Source: Microcoleus sp.
GTDB lineage: Bacteria > Cyanobacteriota > Cyanobacteriia > Cyanobacteriales > Microcoleaceae
NCBI GenBank assembly: GCA_052279835.1
Contig: CP181291.1
Coordinates: forward strand, 704,001-768,000
DNA length: 64,000 nucleotides
Direction of reading: 5' to 3'
Positions 20,715 to 31,277 of the stretch are shown in pieces. The stretch's first letter is position 1. The number at the start of each line of letters is the position of its first letter. The notes below the pieces were generated by a model that saw only the letters and a list, made by a program, of their open reading frames with translations, did not search any database and was not told the DNA's origin. Both the position numbers and the translations under genes were made by a program.

Positions 20715-21366
20715 ACTATCGATACCTTTTCGACTGCGCCTGTCTCTAACAATAGTCATTGGCATTGGTTTCATGAAGACAGGGGCTTGGCTGTGGCTGG
20801 GAATTTATGGGGCGATCGCACTTTGTTGGTGCTTGTGGCTGAGAGCGCCACTGCAAACCTTAGTGCAACTGTTAGGAGCAGAATTAATTTTTCTCTCCTT
20901 ATTAGTGCTACCCCAAGGTTGGGAACGTGCGAGTTTTCTGTTAGTACGTTCCCTGATTTGTCTGCTAATGATGAACAGTTTTCTGCTAACTTTGCCACCG
21001 CACAGTTTGGGCATAGCCCTGAAAGGATTGCCACTACCAGCCGGCTTACAAGAAATTGTGCTATTAGCAGGGCAATACTTAGAAATCTTGCTAGCGGAAG
21101 TCAACAGCATGAAAAGAGCGGCCCAACTACGAGGCTTATCAGGTACAGGTGGATGGCTGCGCTACGCTAGTGCATCAATGATCGGATCGCTTTATTTGCG
21201 AAGTCTCGATCGCGCAGAAAGAGTCCACGCAGCCATGCTAATTCGTGGCTATCAAGGAACCTTACCAGGGGACTCAAAATCAACACCAAAAGAGCAACTA
21301 TGGCTAACAGTCACGATTTTAACCGCCGCCGGATTAACAATAGCATCTTATGGAAATTGGGCCTAG
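20707..21366 (+). CDS. cbiQ: ECF transporter transmembrane component
   Basis: RSLDRAERVHAAMLIRGY; overlaps cbiM stop. Confidence 0.88.
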   Translation: MSKLSIPFRLRLSLTIVIGIGFMKTGAWLWLGIYGAIALCWCLWLRAPLQTLVQLLGAELIFLSLLVLPQGWERASFLLVRSLICLLMMNSFLLTLPPHSLGIALKGLPLPAGLQEIVLLAGQYLEILLAEVNSMKRAAQLRGLSGTGGWLRYASASMIGSLYLRSLDRAERVHAAMLIRGYQGTLPGDSKSTPKEQLWLTVTILTAAGLTIASYGNWA

Positions 21367-21499
21367 GGCCTAGGCAATTAGGAATTGATTAATTCCTGCA
21401 TCTATATTTTAACTTTTTACCTGCTCCATTCCTCTCTCTGCGCTCTCTGCGCCCTCTGCGGTTAAAAACTCTTAATCCAAAAATCGAGGCAAACAAAAA

Positions 21500-22234
21500 T
21501 TGACTAATCTCAAAGTGACACCAACCATCAAAGTAGAAAAAATAGTCTTTGGATATCCACAGCAGAAACCAGTATTGCAAGAAATTTCCTTCACCTTGCA
21601 TCCAGGAGAAAGAGTTGCCCTACTAGGTTTAACCGGCGCTGGAAAAAGCACTTTGTTAGAAAATTTAATTGGCTTAAAAATGCCTCTCTCAGGAGAGATT
21701 AGAGTGAAGGGAACTAAGCTAGAACAAAGTAATTTACCCGAAATACGCCGACAGATTGGATTTTGTTTTCAAGATGCCAACGATCAGCTATTTATGCCAA
21801 CTATATTAGAGGATGTCATGTTCGGGCCGCGCAATTATGGGGTATCAACGGGACTGGCGCGCGATCGAGCTTTAGCCCTATTAGATGAATTTGGTTTGGT
21901 AGAATTTGCCCATCGTTCAGCCCACGAGCTTTCTGGGGGTCAAAGAAGGTTGGCGGCGCTAGCGGCAATTTTAGCATTAGAGCCGGCAATTTTAATCTTA
22001 GATGAGCCGACCAATGGACTCGATCCATCCTGGCGTAGACATTTGGCTAAGGTTTTGTCGCAATTGCCGATCGATGTTATTTTGATCGCTTCCCACGATT
22101 TGAACTGGATTGGGAAGACGACTCAAAGGGCGTTAATTTTGGCTGAGGGTCAGATTCGGGTCGATGAGCAAACTCAAGAATTGCTCAAAGATCGATCGAC
22201 TCTCGAATATTACAATTTGCCGCCAGATTGGTAA
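21500..22234 (+). CDS. cbiO: ECF transporter ATPase
   Basis: GLTGAGKST, LSGGQRR, LDEPT. Confidence 0.9.
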   Translation: MTNLKVTPTIKVEKIVFGYPQQKPVLQEISFTLHPGERVALLGLTGAGKSTLLENLIGLKMPLSGEIRVKGTKLEQSNLPEIRRQIGFCFQDANDQLFMPTILEDVMFGPRNYGVSTGLARDRALALLDEFGLVEFAHRSAHELSGGQRRLAALAAILALEPAILILDEPTNGLDPSWRRHLAKVLSQLPIDVILIASHDLNWIGKTTQRALILAEGQIRVDEQTQELLKDRSTLEYYNLPPDW

Positions 22235-22256
22235 TGAGTCATGGGCGTAAGTCCTG

Positions 22257-23261
22257 TTAAAGCTCGAATTTGCGGCAGGTTTCATTATACAAATGAACAG
22301 CTAAATCCCGAATAATTTCTTCATTTTCAAAAGCTGTTCCCAAATTCTGTTTAGTGCGATCGACACAAAGTTTCATCAGTGCGGATGAATTTTCGATATT
22401 AAGTACGATGGCTGGGAGCTTTTGCTCAAAACTTACCTCGCTCCCCTCCAGAATTTCTACAGATTTAAAATTGGTAGATTGCTCTAAATTTTCAGTAATT
22501 TTTTGCTGCTTTCTCTTTTGCACTTCCTCGGAAAAACCCGAAGAAATTATCCCCGCAGGCAAAGCAAAAATTCCAATCCCCAAAAATGCTAACATTGAGC
22601 CTAAAAATCTGCCGATAGGAGTAATCGGATAAATATCGCCGTAACCGACAGTAGTTAGAGTCACGACTCCCCACCACATGGCATCTGGGATGCTCCCAAA
22701 AGATTGAGGCTGGGCTGATGATTCCACAAAATACATCAGACTCGATGCAAAAATTAATAATATAAATACGGCAAAAGCGGTGGCGAATAGTTCTTCTTTT
22801 TTAGCATCTAATACTATTCCCAAAGTTCGCACAGACTCCGAATATCTGCTGATTTTGATTAAGCGTAATAAACGGAGGAGGCTAATTAAATAAACAAAAC
22901 TTAATTTGGGAAATAACAACAATAAATAAAAGGGTAAAATCGAAACAAAGTCAATAAGGCTCAGGGGTGTGAGAGCATATTTGATTCTTCCCCAAAAGGG
23001 GTGGCTGTATTTACTGTCAACAGTACATACCCACATTCTCAAAATATATTCTAGGGAAAATACTAAAGATGAGACTATTTCGATATTTTCAAATATTTTT
23101 TGGTATTCTAGAGAAAACACAGGGGAAGTTGAAGCAATAAAAGCGGTGATATTTAAAACTATTAAAAATTGAATAATAATATCATCTGCTAAGCTGTATA
23201 AATTAGTGCTGCTGGAAATTTCTAAAATTTCATAGATAATTTTTTTAAGTTGTTTACGCAT
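22257..23261 (-). CDS. Voltage-gated-type potassium channel
   Basis: 6 TM, S4 LRLLRLIK, selectivity filter TTVGYGD. Confidence 0.92.
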   Translation of the reverse strand: MRKQLKKIIYEILEISSSTNLYSLADDIIIQFLIVLNITAFIASTSPVFSLEYQKIFENIEIVSSLVFSLEYILRMWVCTVDSKYSHPFWGRIKYALTPLSLIDFVSILPFYLLLLFPKLSFVYLISLLRLLRLIKISRYSESVRTLGIVLDAKKEELFATAFAVFILLIFASSLMYFVESSAQPQSFGSIPDAMWWGVVTLTTVGYGDIYPITPIGRFLGSMLAFLGIGIFALPAGIISSGFSEEVQKRKQQKITENLEQSTNFKSVEILEGSEVSFEQKLPAIVLNIENSSALMKLCVDRTKQNLGTAFENEEIIRDLAVHLYNETCRKFEL

Positions 23262-23414
23262 TAGTTTATCTCCTAGGTGATGGCTGGTTAAAGCTAAAAG
23301 AAGATAGTCCTGGACGCAAAAGCCCGGTTTCTTCAGGTAATTGCGTGATTTTTGAGTGAAGATGAGAACCAGAAACCGGGTTGTTCTGCTCGATCGCGTC
23401 TAGGACTGGAAGTG

Positions 23415-23771
23415 TTAAATTGAGAGAGCAATACTAATCACAATTAAAGCTAATAAAGCTAACCAAACTTGATGTCGCTGACACCAATTTTTGGCCGCTC
23501 TTTGCCAGCCACCGCTGATGTCAGGGGTCGCCTGGGGTACGATTGGTTGCGCCTTGTTGTGATAAAGGGTGCACTCTTGGGCGAAGGGACGCTGGGGATA
23601 GTTGCAGGTGTCGTCTTCGTGGTATGTACAGGTGGTACATAAAAATTCTTGGGGTTTCGATCGATAAAGGGGTATACCGGGATGTCCGAAAGCTTTGAGA
23701 GGGGTTTTGCAGTGTCCACAGGTGATGGCTTGGGTGTCCACGGGTAGGTGACAGCGAGGGCAATCTGGCAT
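23415..23771 (-). CDS. Zinc-ribbon protein with C-terminal TM
   Basis: CPRC, CGHC, CTTC motifs; hydrophobic C-terminus. Confidence 0.8.
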   Translation of the reverse strand: MPDCPRCHLPVDTQAITCGHCKTPLKAFGHPGIPLYRSKPQEFLCTTCTYHEDDTCNYPQRPFAQECTLYHNKAQPIVPQATPDISGGWQRAAKNWCQRHQVWLALLALIVISIALSI

Positions 23772-23904
23772 TGACTTTGCTGGTGATGGGATAGGTTACA
23801 GGTAGGTAGATTAGGGGGTTTTCCGCACGCCCATGGGTGGATTAGACTCGCCAGCAGGGGCTGGGATGCTCCAAAATAGAAAGGTATGTCAGCGCTGATG
23901 TAAC

Positions 23905-24022
23905 TTTAAGTTTACGCGGTTGGGGCATCGACCGCTAAGTTAGGCAATGTTAGACAGGCTCAGCCTGCAATTGCTGGCTGAGCTTAGAATCCCCTCGCCT
24001 TGATAGCTGGGGAGTATGTCAA
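23905..24022 (+). mobile_element. Orphan IS200/IS605 right end / tnpB-3' omega-RNA-like remnant
   Basis: gttggggcatcgacc (VGAST-like tnpB tail), hairpin gctcagcc..ggctgagc, then gaatcccctcgccttgatagctggggagtatgTCAA. Confidence 0.6.
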
Positions 24023-24093
24023 TAATGGTTTCGCAGCTTTGGCAGGTGACTTGAGTCGATCGCATCTTTTGAGGCAAACAGTAGGAAAAATCT

Positions 24094-24420
24094 ATGGATA
24101 ACAATAACAACTTACTCAAACAACTGGTGATGTTGGGCATTGGTACTACCTCCCTGGTGGCTGAGAAATTGCAGGAAGTCAGCGAGCAATGGGTTAAAGA
24201 TGGCAAAATCAATCCTGAGCAAGCTCAAACCTTTGTGGAGGACATGACGGAGCACCTTAAGTCCGAGCAGGGGAATTGGGAGACGCAGTTGCAGCGGCAA
24301 ATGCGGAATATGCTGCAAGATATGGGTGTGCCACGACAGTCGGAAATGGATGAGTTGCGTGGTAGGCTCGATCGACTCGAACGTCAGGTGAGGGATTTAG
24401 AAAATCGTCACTGGCGTTGA
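24094..24420 (+). CDS. Phasin-family (PhaF/PhaI-like) protein
   Basis: LGIGTTS..EK, C-terminal ELRGRLDRLE coiled coil. Confidence 0.8.
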   Translation: MDNNNNLLKQLVMLGIGTTSLVAEKLQEVSEQWVKDGKINPEQAQTFVEDMTEHLKSEQGNWETQLQRQMRNMLQDMGVPRQSEMDELRGRLDRLERQVRDLENRHWR

Positions 24421-24642
24421 GTTTGGTGTGGTGGGGCTGTTCCCTGCTATCCTGTGATAGGACGATCGCCCGAAGGTAGAGTGCTCGCAAAGGTAGAAAG
24501 TAGAATTAACAACTTTCTACCTTCTGAATTCATACTTCTGTCTGAAGAATGAGTTTGCATCCGCCGTCTTTTTGCAGCGGAAAGATTTTTGGGTTTTGAG
24601 CTGGTTTCGAGAAATAATTCTTGAATGTAAGGAGGATTAATT

Positions 24643-25239
24643 TTGCAAGGAGTTCTAGTCAGCTTGGGAGTAATGCTGGTTTGTGTTTTGTTTTTGATAG
24701 TCGCTCAATTTAGCGGTTCTGGGGAAAAAGCCATAGCCGCCGAAGTGAAGAGTTCTTTACCCCAGACTGCGATTGAGATCTTGTCTGAGCAGTCTTTAAA
24801 TGAAAATAGTCTCCTAGTAGCTGATGCTACTTTACCGAATGTATCACCTACTAACGATGGGAATAATATGACTGAAAATACTGAGAAAACTGAGAAGATT
24901 GTCACCACAGATTCAGGTTTGAAATATGTTGAATTAAAAGAGGGTGACGGGGCGACTCCCAAAAATGGTCAGACGGTTGTGGTGCACTATACTGGCACTT
25001 TGGAGGATGGCACGAAATTTGATAGTTCGCGCGATCGCAATTCTCCTTTCCAGTTCAAAATTGGTGTCGGCCAAGTGATTAAGGGTTGGGATGAAGGTGT
25101 GGGTACAATGAAAGTTGGAGACCGACGCCAGTTGATTATTCCTCCCGATTTGGGTTACGGTGCTCGTGGTGCTGGTGGGGTGATTCCTCCCAATGCAACG
25201 CTAATTTTTGATGTGGAATTGTTGAAGATTTCTGGTTAA
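24643..25239 (+). CDS. FKBP-type peptidyl-prolyl isomerase
   Basis: [39 protein letters not shown]-terminal signal. Confidence 0.95.
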   Translation: MQGVLVSLGVMLVCVLFLIVAQFSGSGEKAIAAEVKSSLPQTAIEILSEQSLNENSLLVADATLPNVSPTNDGNNMTENTEKTEKIVTTDSGLKYVELKEGDGATPKNGQTVVVHYTGTLEDGTKFDSSRDRNSPFQFKIGVGQVIKGWDEGVGTMKVGDRRQLIIPPDLGYGARGAGGVIPPNATLIFDVELLKISG

Positions 25240-25283
25240 GTAGCTGAATTTAATTCAACGTAAAACTTTTTTTTACGCTGTTG

Positions 25284-25316
25284 AGAAACCCGGTTTTTTT
25301 AAGGAACCGGGTTTCT
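25284..25316. terminator. REP-like hairpin probably acting as terminator between convergent FKBP and dnaB
   Basis: agaaacccggtt..aaccgggtttct. Confidence 0.55.
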
Positions 25317-25634
25317 TGAATTTAGAGCTTTTGGCTAGGTTATGAACAGGGAAGATGCCTATTGCACAAAGAGTTTATAAGTAAATCCACTTAATTAAAC
25401 GTAAAATACGGATGACCGAAAAGCTGACTGCATAAGTCTTCTTCCTTCTTCCTGAATTTCCCCTCTTGGGGGGGGCAGGGGGGGTGACTTCTTCCTTCTT
25501 CCTTCTACTTATCAATTCCTATCTTCATCGGAATTATTCATTTCTCTCCGCTCTCTCTGTGTTCTCTGTGTTCTCTGTGGTTCAATCATTCCGATGCAAC
25601 GGTCAAGGATATTACAAACATGGATATGTTGCGA

Positions 25635-26957
25635 TTAACTTCGTCTTGCTTGCAGATTTAAGAATTTTGTTACCTGACCATCGAATAATAATTTAATCAC
25701 ACCTGTAGGGCCGTTTCTGTGTTTGGTAATAATGACTTCTGCAATGCCGCGATCGGGGGTATCTGGATTATAATACTCATCACGGTACAACATAATTACT
25801 AAATCGGCGTCTTGTTCGATACTTCCACTTTCCCGCAAATCAGACATCATCGGCCGCTTATTTGTCCGCGCTTCTACACCTCGACTCAACTGAGATAAGG
25901 CAATAATTGGTACGCTGAGTTCGCGGGCTAAACCTTTGAGGCTTCTGGTAATTCGAGATAGTTCTTGGACGCGATTGTCGCTGCTACCTTCCATTAATTG
26001 TAAGTAATCTAGCAGGATTAATCCTAGGGTTCCGCCTTGTTCTGCTTGAAGGCGACGGGCTTTTGAGCGAATTTCTGTCACTGTAATATTAGGAGTGTCA
26101 TCAATAAACATTGGCAATTCTGAGAGGCGGCCAATAGCTGTACTGATGGGTTCCCATTCGTTTTGACTAATTCTGCCCGATCGCAATCGATTACTTTCTA
26201 TTCTAGCTTCACCGGACAAAATGCGCTGCACTAGCTGTTCTTTTGACATTTCTAGGCTAAAAATGGCAACCGGCAATTTTTGCGACCCGGCGGCGATGTG
26301 GTGGGCGATGTTGGTACAAAAGGCCGTTTTGCCCATGGCCGGGCGCCCAGCAACGATGATTAAATCCGATCGCTGAAAGCCTCCTGTCATAGCATCTAAG
26401 TCATAAAAACCGCATGGAATACCGGGAAGTGTGAGTCCTTCATTGCGGTTTTCGAGGTCTTGAAATGTCTGATTTAGGGTTTCGCCGATGGATACTAAAT
26501 CTTGTTGGGGACGTTCTTGAGTTATGCTAAAAATCTGTTGTTCAGCGCGGTCTAAAACTGTTTCTAAAGGTGTCGCTGTCTCGTAACCTAATTGTACGAT
26601 GTTGTTACCGGCTTCGATTAATTTCCGTCGCTGGTATTTGTCTTCTACTAAGACGGCATATTGATCGATGTTGACAGCAGAAACGGTGCGATCGACTAAT
26701 TGTGCTAGTTTGCTTTGTCCTCCTATTTGTTCTAACTGATTGCGATCGGCTAATCGAGTAGTAACTGTCATTAAATCCGTAGGCTGACCTTGAAAAAACA
26801 AGTCTAAAGCCGAGCGATAAATGACTTGATGAGCGCTGATGGCAAAAAATTCAGGACGCAAAAGTTCAGCAATTCGAGAAATGGCTTCGGGGTCAATTAA
26901 AATCCCGCCCAGAATTGCTTCTTCTGCCTCTACATTTGTTGGCATCAAGTCGCTCAT
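25635..26957 (-). CDS. dnaB: Replicative DNA helicase (no intein)
   Basis: GRPAMGKT, SLEMS, LDYLQL, SQLSR, LRESGSIEQDAD; 440 aa. Confidence 0.97.
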   Translation of the reverse strand: MSDLMPTNVEAEEAILGGILIDPEAISRIAELLRPEFFAISAHQVIYRSALDLFFQGQPTDLMTVTTRLADRNQLEQIGGQSKLAQLVDRTVSAVNIDQYAVLVEDKYQRRKLIEAGNNIVQLGYETATPLETVLDRAEQQIFSITQERPQQDLVSIGETLNQTFQDLENRNEGLTLPGIPCGFYDLDAMTGGFQRSDLIIVAGRPAMGKTAFCTNIAHHIAAGSQKLPVAIFSLEMSKEQLVQRILSGEARIESNRLRSGRISQNEWEPISTAIGRLSELPMFIDDTPNITVTEIRSKARRLQAEQGGTLGLILLDYLQLMEGSSDNRVQELSRITRSLKGLARELSVPIIALSQLSRGVEARTNKRPMMSDLRESGSIEQDADLVIMLYRDEYYNPDTPDRGIAEVIITKHRNGPTGVIKLLFDGQVTKFLNLQARRS

Positions 26958-26964
26958 TAGTTAT

Positions 26965-27103
26965 GGGGAATTGGGAATGGGGAATGGGGAATTGGGAATT
27001 GGGAATTGGCAATGGGTTATCCGTTACTAGCTTGGGGCTGCCAATGCCCAATGCCATCCCCCCTTGGGGGGGGTTGCCCAATCCCCAATACCCAATACCC
27101 AAT
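26965..27103. repeat. Inverted G-rich/C-rich heptamer STRR tracts between rplI and dnaB
   Basis: (GGGAATT/GGGAATG)n, then cccccttgggggggg, then (CCCAATA)n. Confidence 0.8.
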
Positions 27104-27562
27104 TACATAGGAATAACTTGAATTTCAACTTCAGCGGCAACTTCTGCGTGTAATTTGATTTCAGCTTTATAAGTACCAGTTTCCCGAATTTCCGGCAGGG
27201 AGATGCCACGGCGATCGACTTCTTGACTGGTAGAGTTGAAAATCAGTTTCTGCTACTTCTTGGTTGGTAACAGTACCAAAAATAGCGTTTCCTTCGCCGA
27301 CTTGCTTGGAGATGATGAAGGGACCTGCTGCTTCCAGCGCTGTTTTACGGACTTCAGCTTGCTGCTTGAGCTCTAGCTGGCGGAGTCTTTCTGTTTCTCT
27401 GCGACGTTCTGCTTGCTTGAGAATGCCCGGAGTGGCCCGAAATCCCATGCCTTGGGGTACTAGGTAGTTGCGGGCGTAACCGGGGGCTACTTCTACGACG
27501 TCGCCAGCTTTACCGAGCTTGCTGACATCTTTATTTAAAACTAATTGGACGCGCTTGGCCAT
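27103..27562 (-). CDS. rplI: 50S ribosomal protein L9 with apparent +1 frameshift
   Basis: N-term [19 protein letters not shown]-term [25 protein letters not shown] in another frame; removing one base at 27247-27249 gives 152 aa. Confidence 0.92.
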
Positions 27563-27659
27563 GATCTTTGCTAGTGGTTTTTAACTCGAACATTCTATAA
27601 TACCGAAGTTTGAGTGGCGATCGCAAGCAGTAAGGAAAAAGCAAACAGGACCTCCATAC

Positions 27660-28433
27660 TCAAAATCGCTCTTTCATACCGCGCAAGCGCGCGAAGGTTT
27701 GCACGGAATCCTGGCTTTGGGTGGCCGATTGAATACTAGGATAATCCCAGCGCAAAAATGGGTTGGTACTTTTTTCGAGTGCGATCGATGATGGTATCGT
27801 GGCTTGATTACGGCTGCGGGCCGCCTTGACTTCGGCGAAACGCTTCTGTAACTCTAGATTGTCACTATCTACAGTCAGGGCAAATTGCAGATTATTGAGG
27901 GTATATTCGTGGGCACACCAGACTCTAGTATTATCTGGCAGGTTTCGCAGTTGTTCCAGGGAACCTACCATCTGACTGGGAGTACCTTCTTTGAGTCTGC
28001 CACAGCCTCCGCCAAATAGGGTGTCACCGCAGAACAATTCTCCGGTTTCGGCTGGGTTGTTGGGCCGGAAATAGTAGGCGATGTGGGCTTTTGTGTGTCC
28101 GGGTAGAAATAAGATAGAGGCGGTTCTGTCTGCGAAAGAAACTTGATCGCCCCCTTGTAAAAAGATTTGCTGTCCCGGAATTCTGCCCCTGTCTTCTGCG
28201 CCACCGTAGACTTTAACTAGGGGGAAGCGATCGATCAGTTCCAGGTTGCCACCTATATGGTCGTTGTGGTGGTGGGTAATCAAAATTTTGGTTAATTCGG
28301 CTCCCAGTGCTTGGAGTTGCCGCAAGACAGGGTTGGCTTGGGCTGGATCGATGACTGCTGCTAGATTGCGATCGCGATCGTGCAGCAAAAAAATGTAATT
28401 ATCCGACAGTACGGGAAGTCGATAAACTTGCAT
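27660..28433 (-). CDS. gloB: Hydroxyacylglutathione hydrolase (glyoxalase II)
   Basis: LSDNY, THHHNDH, PGHT, GDTLF, CAHEYT, NPFLR; likely start MQVYRL at 28433. Confidence 0.93.
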   Translation of the reverse strand: MQVYRLPVLSDNYIFLLHDRDRNLAAVIDPAQANPVLRQLQALGAELTKILITHHHNDHIGGNLELIDRFPLVKVYGGAEDRGRIPGQQIFLQGGDQVSFADRTASILFLPGHTKAHIAYYFRPNNPAETGELFCGDTLFGGGCGRLKEGTPSQMVGSLEQLRNLPDNTRVWCAHEYTLNNLQFALTVDSDNLELQKRFAEVKAARSRNQATIPSSIALEKSTNPFLRWDYPSIQSATQSQDSVQTFARLRGMKERF

Positions 28434-28562
28434 ATAGCGTTTCTCCAATAAATTAGTTAGTCTTGGGCATAGGGCATCAGGCATCCTGCACTTTTGCTTA
28501 GCTTGTGCTGAGCTTAGTCCAATTGCGCAGTCTAAGCATCCGCCATCGGAATAGTTAATCTT

Positions 28563-28778
28563 TTCCTTCCTTCTTCCTGAATTTCCCCCCAAGGAGGGTA
28601 ACTTCTTCCTGAATTTCCCCCCAAGGAGGGTAACTTCTTCCTGAATTTCCCCCCTTGGGGGGGGTAGGGGGGGGTAACTTCTTCCTTCTTCCTTCTTCCT
28701 TCTTCCTTCTTCCTTCTTCCTTCTTCCTTCTTCCTTCTTCCTTCTTCCTTCTTCCTTCTTCCTTCTTCCTTCTTCCTT
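28563..28778. repeat. (CTTCTTC)n STRR tract with about 32-bp tandem units and a G/C palindrome
   Basis: cttcttcctgaatttccccccaaggag.. repeated, then about 14 heptamers. Confidence 0.9.
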
Positions 28779-28787
28779 GATAATAAT

Positions 28788-28991
28788 ATGCGAACATCTC
28801 AGAACAAATCAAACTTAACACTCACTCAAATGGTGGATCGAATTTTAGCATCGGGCAAGCTCGCCCGCCGGGAACATTTAATACTAACTTCGGCCATCCT
28901 GTCCAACGAGAAAATTTCCGAAGACGAACGATATCAAATAAATCGAATATTTGATTACATTCAAATTGGTCGCCTCAAGTTTATTGATTGA
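28788..28991 (+). CDS. Small cyanobacterial hypothetical protein (67 aa)
   Basis: [20 protein letters not shown]; similar to ORF 41082-41285. Confidence 0.7.
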   Translation: MRTSQNKSNLTLTQMVDRILASGKLARREHLILTSAILSNEKISEDERYQINRIFDYIQIGRLKFID

Positions 28992-29051
28992 ACTTGTTGT
29001 AAATTCATCATATAATCAACACAGGTAGTAAAACAAAAAAGGGAGAAAAAA

Positions 29052-30050
29052 ATGAGTGTAGACCAAGGAACTATTTTAGTGACCGGGGGAGCTGGATATA
29101 TTGGCTCTCACGCCGTCTTGGCACTAAAACACGCAGGTTACAACGTGTTAATTTTGGATAATTTAGTTTACGGTCATAGTGATTTAGTAGACCAGGTATT
29201 AAAGGTTGAATTGGTAGTAGGAGATACCAACGATCGCGCCCTACTAGACAAAATATTTGCTACTCACAATATTGCTGCCGTCATGCACTTTTCTGCCTAT
29301 GCTTATGTGGGCGAGTCCGTGACTGACCCAGCTAAATATTACCGTAACAATGTCATCGGTACTATTACTCTTTTAGAAGCCATGATAGCTGCTGGAGTGA
29401 AAAAAATTGTATTTTCTTCTACCTGCGCCACTTACGGAGTACCGCAGAAAATTCCCCTCACAGAAGACCACCCACAGCATCCGATCAACCCCTACGGTAC
29501 TACTAAGTTAATGGTAGAACAGATCTTATCAGATTTTGATACTGCTTACAATTTTAAGTCTGTTTGTTTCCGCTATTTTAATGCTGCCGGTGCCGATCCG
29601 AGTGGGTTGTTGGGAGAGGATCACAACCCAGAAACTCACCTGATTCCCCTAGTGTTGCTGACTGCTTTGGACAAGCGAGATTCTATTTCAATTTTTGGTA
29701 CAGATTATGATACTCCTGACGGTACTTGCATTCGAGATTACATTCATGTTAACGATTTAGCATCTGCTCATCTTTTAGGATTAGAATATTTGTTAAATGG
29801 TGGAAAATCCGATGTCTTTAATTTAGGCAACGGCGGCGGTTTTTCCGTAAAAGAGGTGATAGAAGCTGCGAGGGAAGTGACTGGAAAAGAGATTAAGACT
29901 GTTGAGTGCGATCGACGTCCGGGAGACCCTCCTGCTTTAGTTGGTAGCAGCGAGAAAGCCATTAAAACATTAGGTTGGTCTCCTGAATATCCACATATTA
30001 AGGATATTATATCCCATGCTTGGGAATGGCACAAAAAACGCCACTCCTAG
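29052..30050 (+). CDS. galE: UDP-glucose 4-epimerase
   Basis: GGAGYIGSH, YGTTK, RYFNAAGA, DGTCIRDYIHV. Confidence 0.95.
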   Translation: MSVDQGTILVTGGAGYIGSHAVLALKHAGYNVLILDNLVYGHSDLVDQVLKVELVVGDTNDRALLDKIFATHNIAAVMHFSAYAYVGESVTDPAKYYRNNVIGTITLLEAMIAAGVKKIVFSSTCATYGVPQKIPLTEDHPQHPINPYGTTKLMVEQILSDFDTAYNFKSVCFRYFNAAGADPSGLLGEDHNPETHLIPLVLLTALDKRDSISIFGTDYDTPDGTCIRDYIHVNDLASAHLLGLEYLLNGGKSDVFNLGNGGGFSVKEVIEAAREVTGKEIKTVECDRRPGDPPALVGSSEKAIKTLGWSPEYPHIKDIISHAWEWHKKRHS

Positions 30051-30242
30051 GCAAGCATTACTTAAATAATCGGGGAAAAAATCTCTCCAACTCCCCCTTT
30101 TTTTTACCCTTGGGGCACGGCGATTTCATTCTCAGGCGTTGGGTAGGCCCTACCAGAAAATGATGATTTTGTAGGCGTAGTGGATGGTGCGTGCCTCCCT
30201 CCCCATCTACTACAAGCGAGATTTATCAGGGGTTTCAGTAGT

Positions 30243-31166
30243 ATGCTAATCATATCTGCTAAATCGGGACAACTTGGGAACAGACTGCTACTTTTTGCTA
30301 ATTTCATCGCTGTGGCGATCGAGCATAATTTAACAGTCCTCAATCCGGCTTTTGAGGAATATGCAGAATTTTTTGTGGGTACAGCTCGCGATTTTTTGTG
30401 TTGTTATCCTGCTCCATCTTTTACCTTACCAGGCAACAAATTCATCAGAAATAAATATTATAAAATAATTAAGTATTTAAACAATAAAACAATATGGAAG
30501 ACGCAAGAAATAACCAGAGAAAAACCTTTTAATTGGGTGAATCATCAGGATTCAGACACACTCAAGTACAATTCTACTATTTGTTTTCAAGGCTGGCTAT
30601 TTCGAGATGGGTGGTTTGTAGAAGATTTGCCAAAATTACACAAGTACGCTGACCCAATTCGAGCCTACTTTGCACCCTTACAGCCATATAAAATTAATGT
30701 AGATAGTTTGATATTGAATGTAAAAAATAACGCAGATATAATCATCGGAGTTCATATTCGTCAAGGCGATTACGAACACCACCAAAAAGGGAGATACTTT
30801 TACAAAACAGAGCAATATTTAGAAGTCATGACTTCAGTAGTCAAACTATTTGCAACTAAGCAAGTAAATTTTTTGATTTGCTCTAATCTTCACCAAGAAC
30901 CTAGTTTATTTTATAATTTTAACTGCGTTTTTGCCAAGGGTAATTTAATCGAAGATATGTATGCTTTGGCAGAGTGTGACTATATTGTCGGGCCACCTAG
31001 CAGTTATACTATGTGGGCTTCGTTTTACGGCGAAAAACCTCTTTACATGATAAGAGATATCAGTCAAACAATTAGTTTGAAGGATTTTGTGCATTTTTAT
31101 GAATGGCAAGGAATTTTCCATTATCAAGATAACTGGAGCGAGAGTTTTTGGGAGTGGACGCACTGA
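30243..31166 (+). CDS. GT11-like alpha-1,2-fucosyltransferase
   Basis: GQLGNRL, HIRQGDY, SSYTMWAS motifs; likely start MLIISAK. Confidence 0.75.
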   Translation: MLIISAKSGQLGNRLLLFANFIAVAIEHNLTVLNPAFEEYAEFFVGTARDFLCCYPAPSFTLPGNKFIRNKYYKIIKYLNNKTIWKTQEITREKPFNWVNHQDSDTLKYNSTICFQGWLFRDGWFVEDLPKLHKYADPIRAYFAPLQPYKINVDSLILNVKNNADIIIGVHIRQGDYEHHQKGRYFYKTEQYLEVMTSVVKLFATKQVNFLICSNLHQEPSLFYNFNCVFAKGNLIEDMYALAECDYIVGPPSSYTMWASFYGEKPLYMIRDISQTISLKDFVHFYEWQGIFHYQDNWSESFWEWTH

Positions 31167-31277
31167 GGTAAGCTGCTACCTATCTCCCGTGTCTGTTAAT
31201 TCTAGAAAGCGGCAAGGAGAGGGGAAGAGGTAGAAAGATTTATACTATTTTTATAAGGGTATAAGTTTATAATTAAA

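Noticed and set aside
25635..26957. DnaB intein (common in cyanobacteria)
   Set aside because: The protein is 440 aa with a continuous RESGSIEQDAD motif; there is no insertion.
28555..28821. 88-aa RRKKEEG repeat ORF (also 11799-12098 and 26893-27121)
   Set aside because: These are translations of non-coding STRR tracts.
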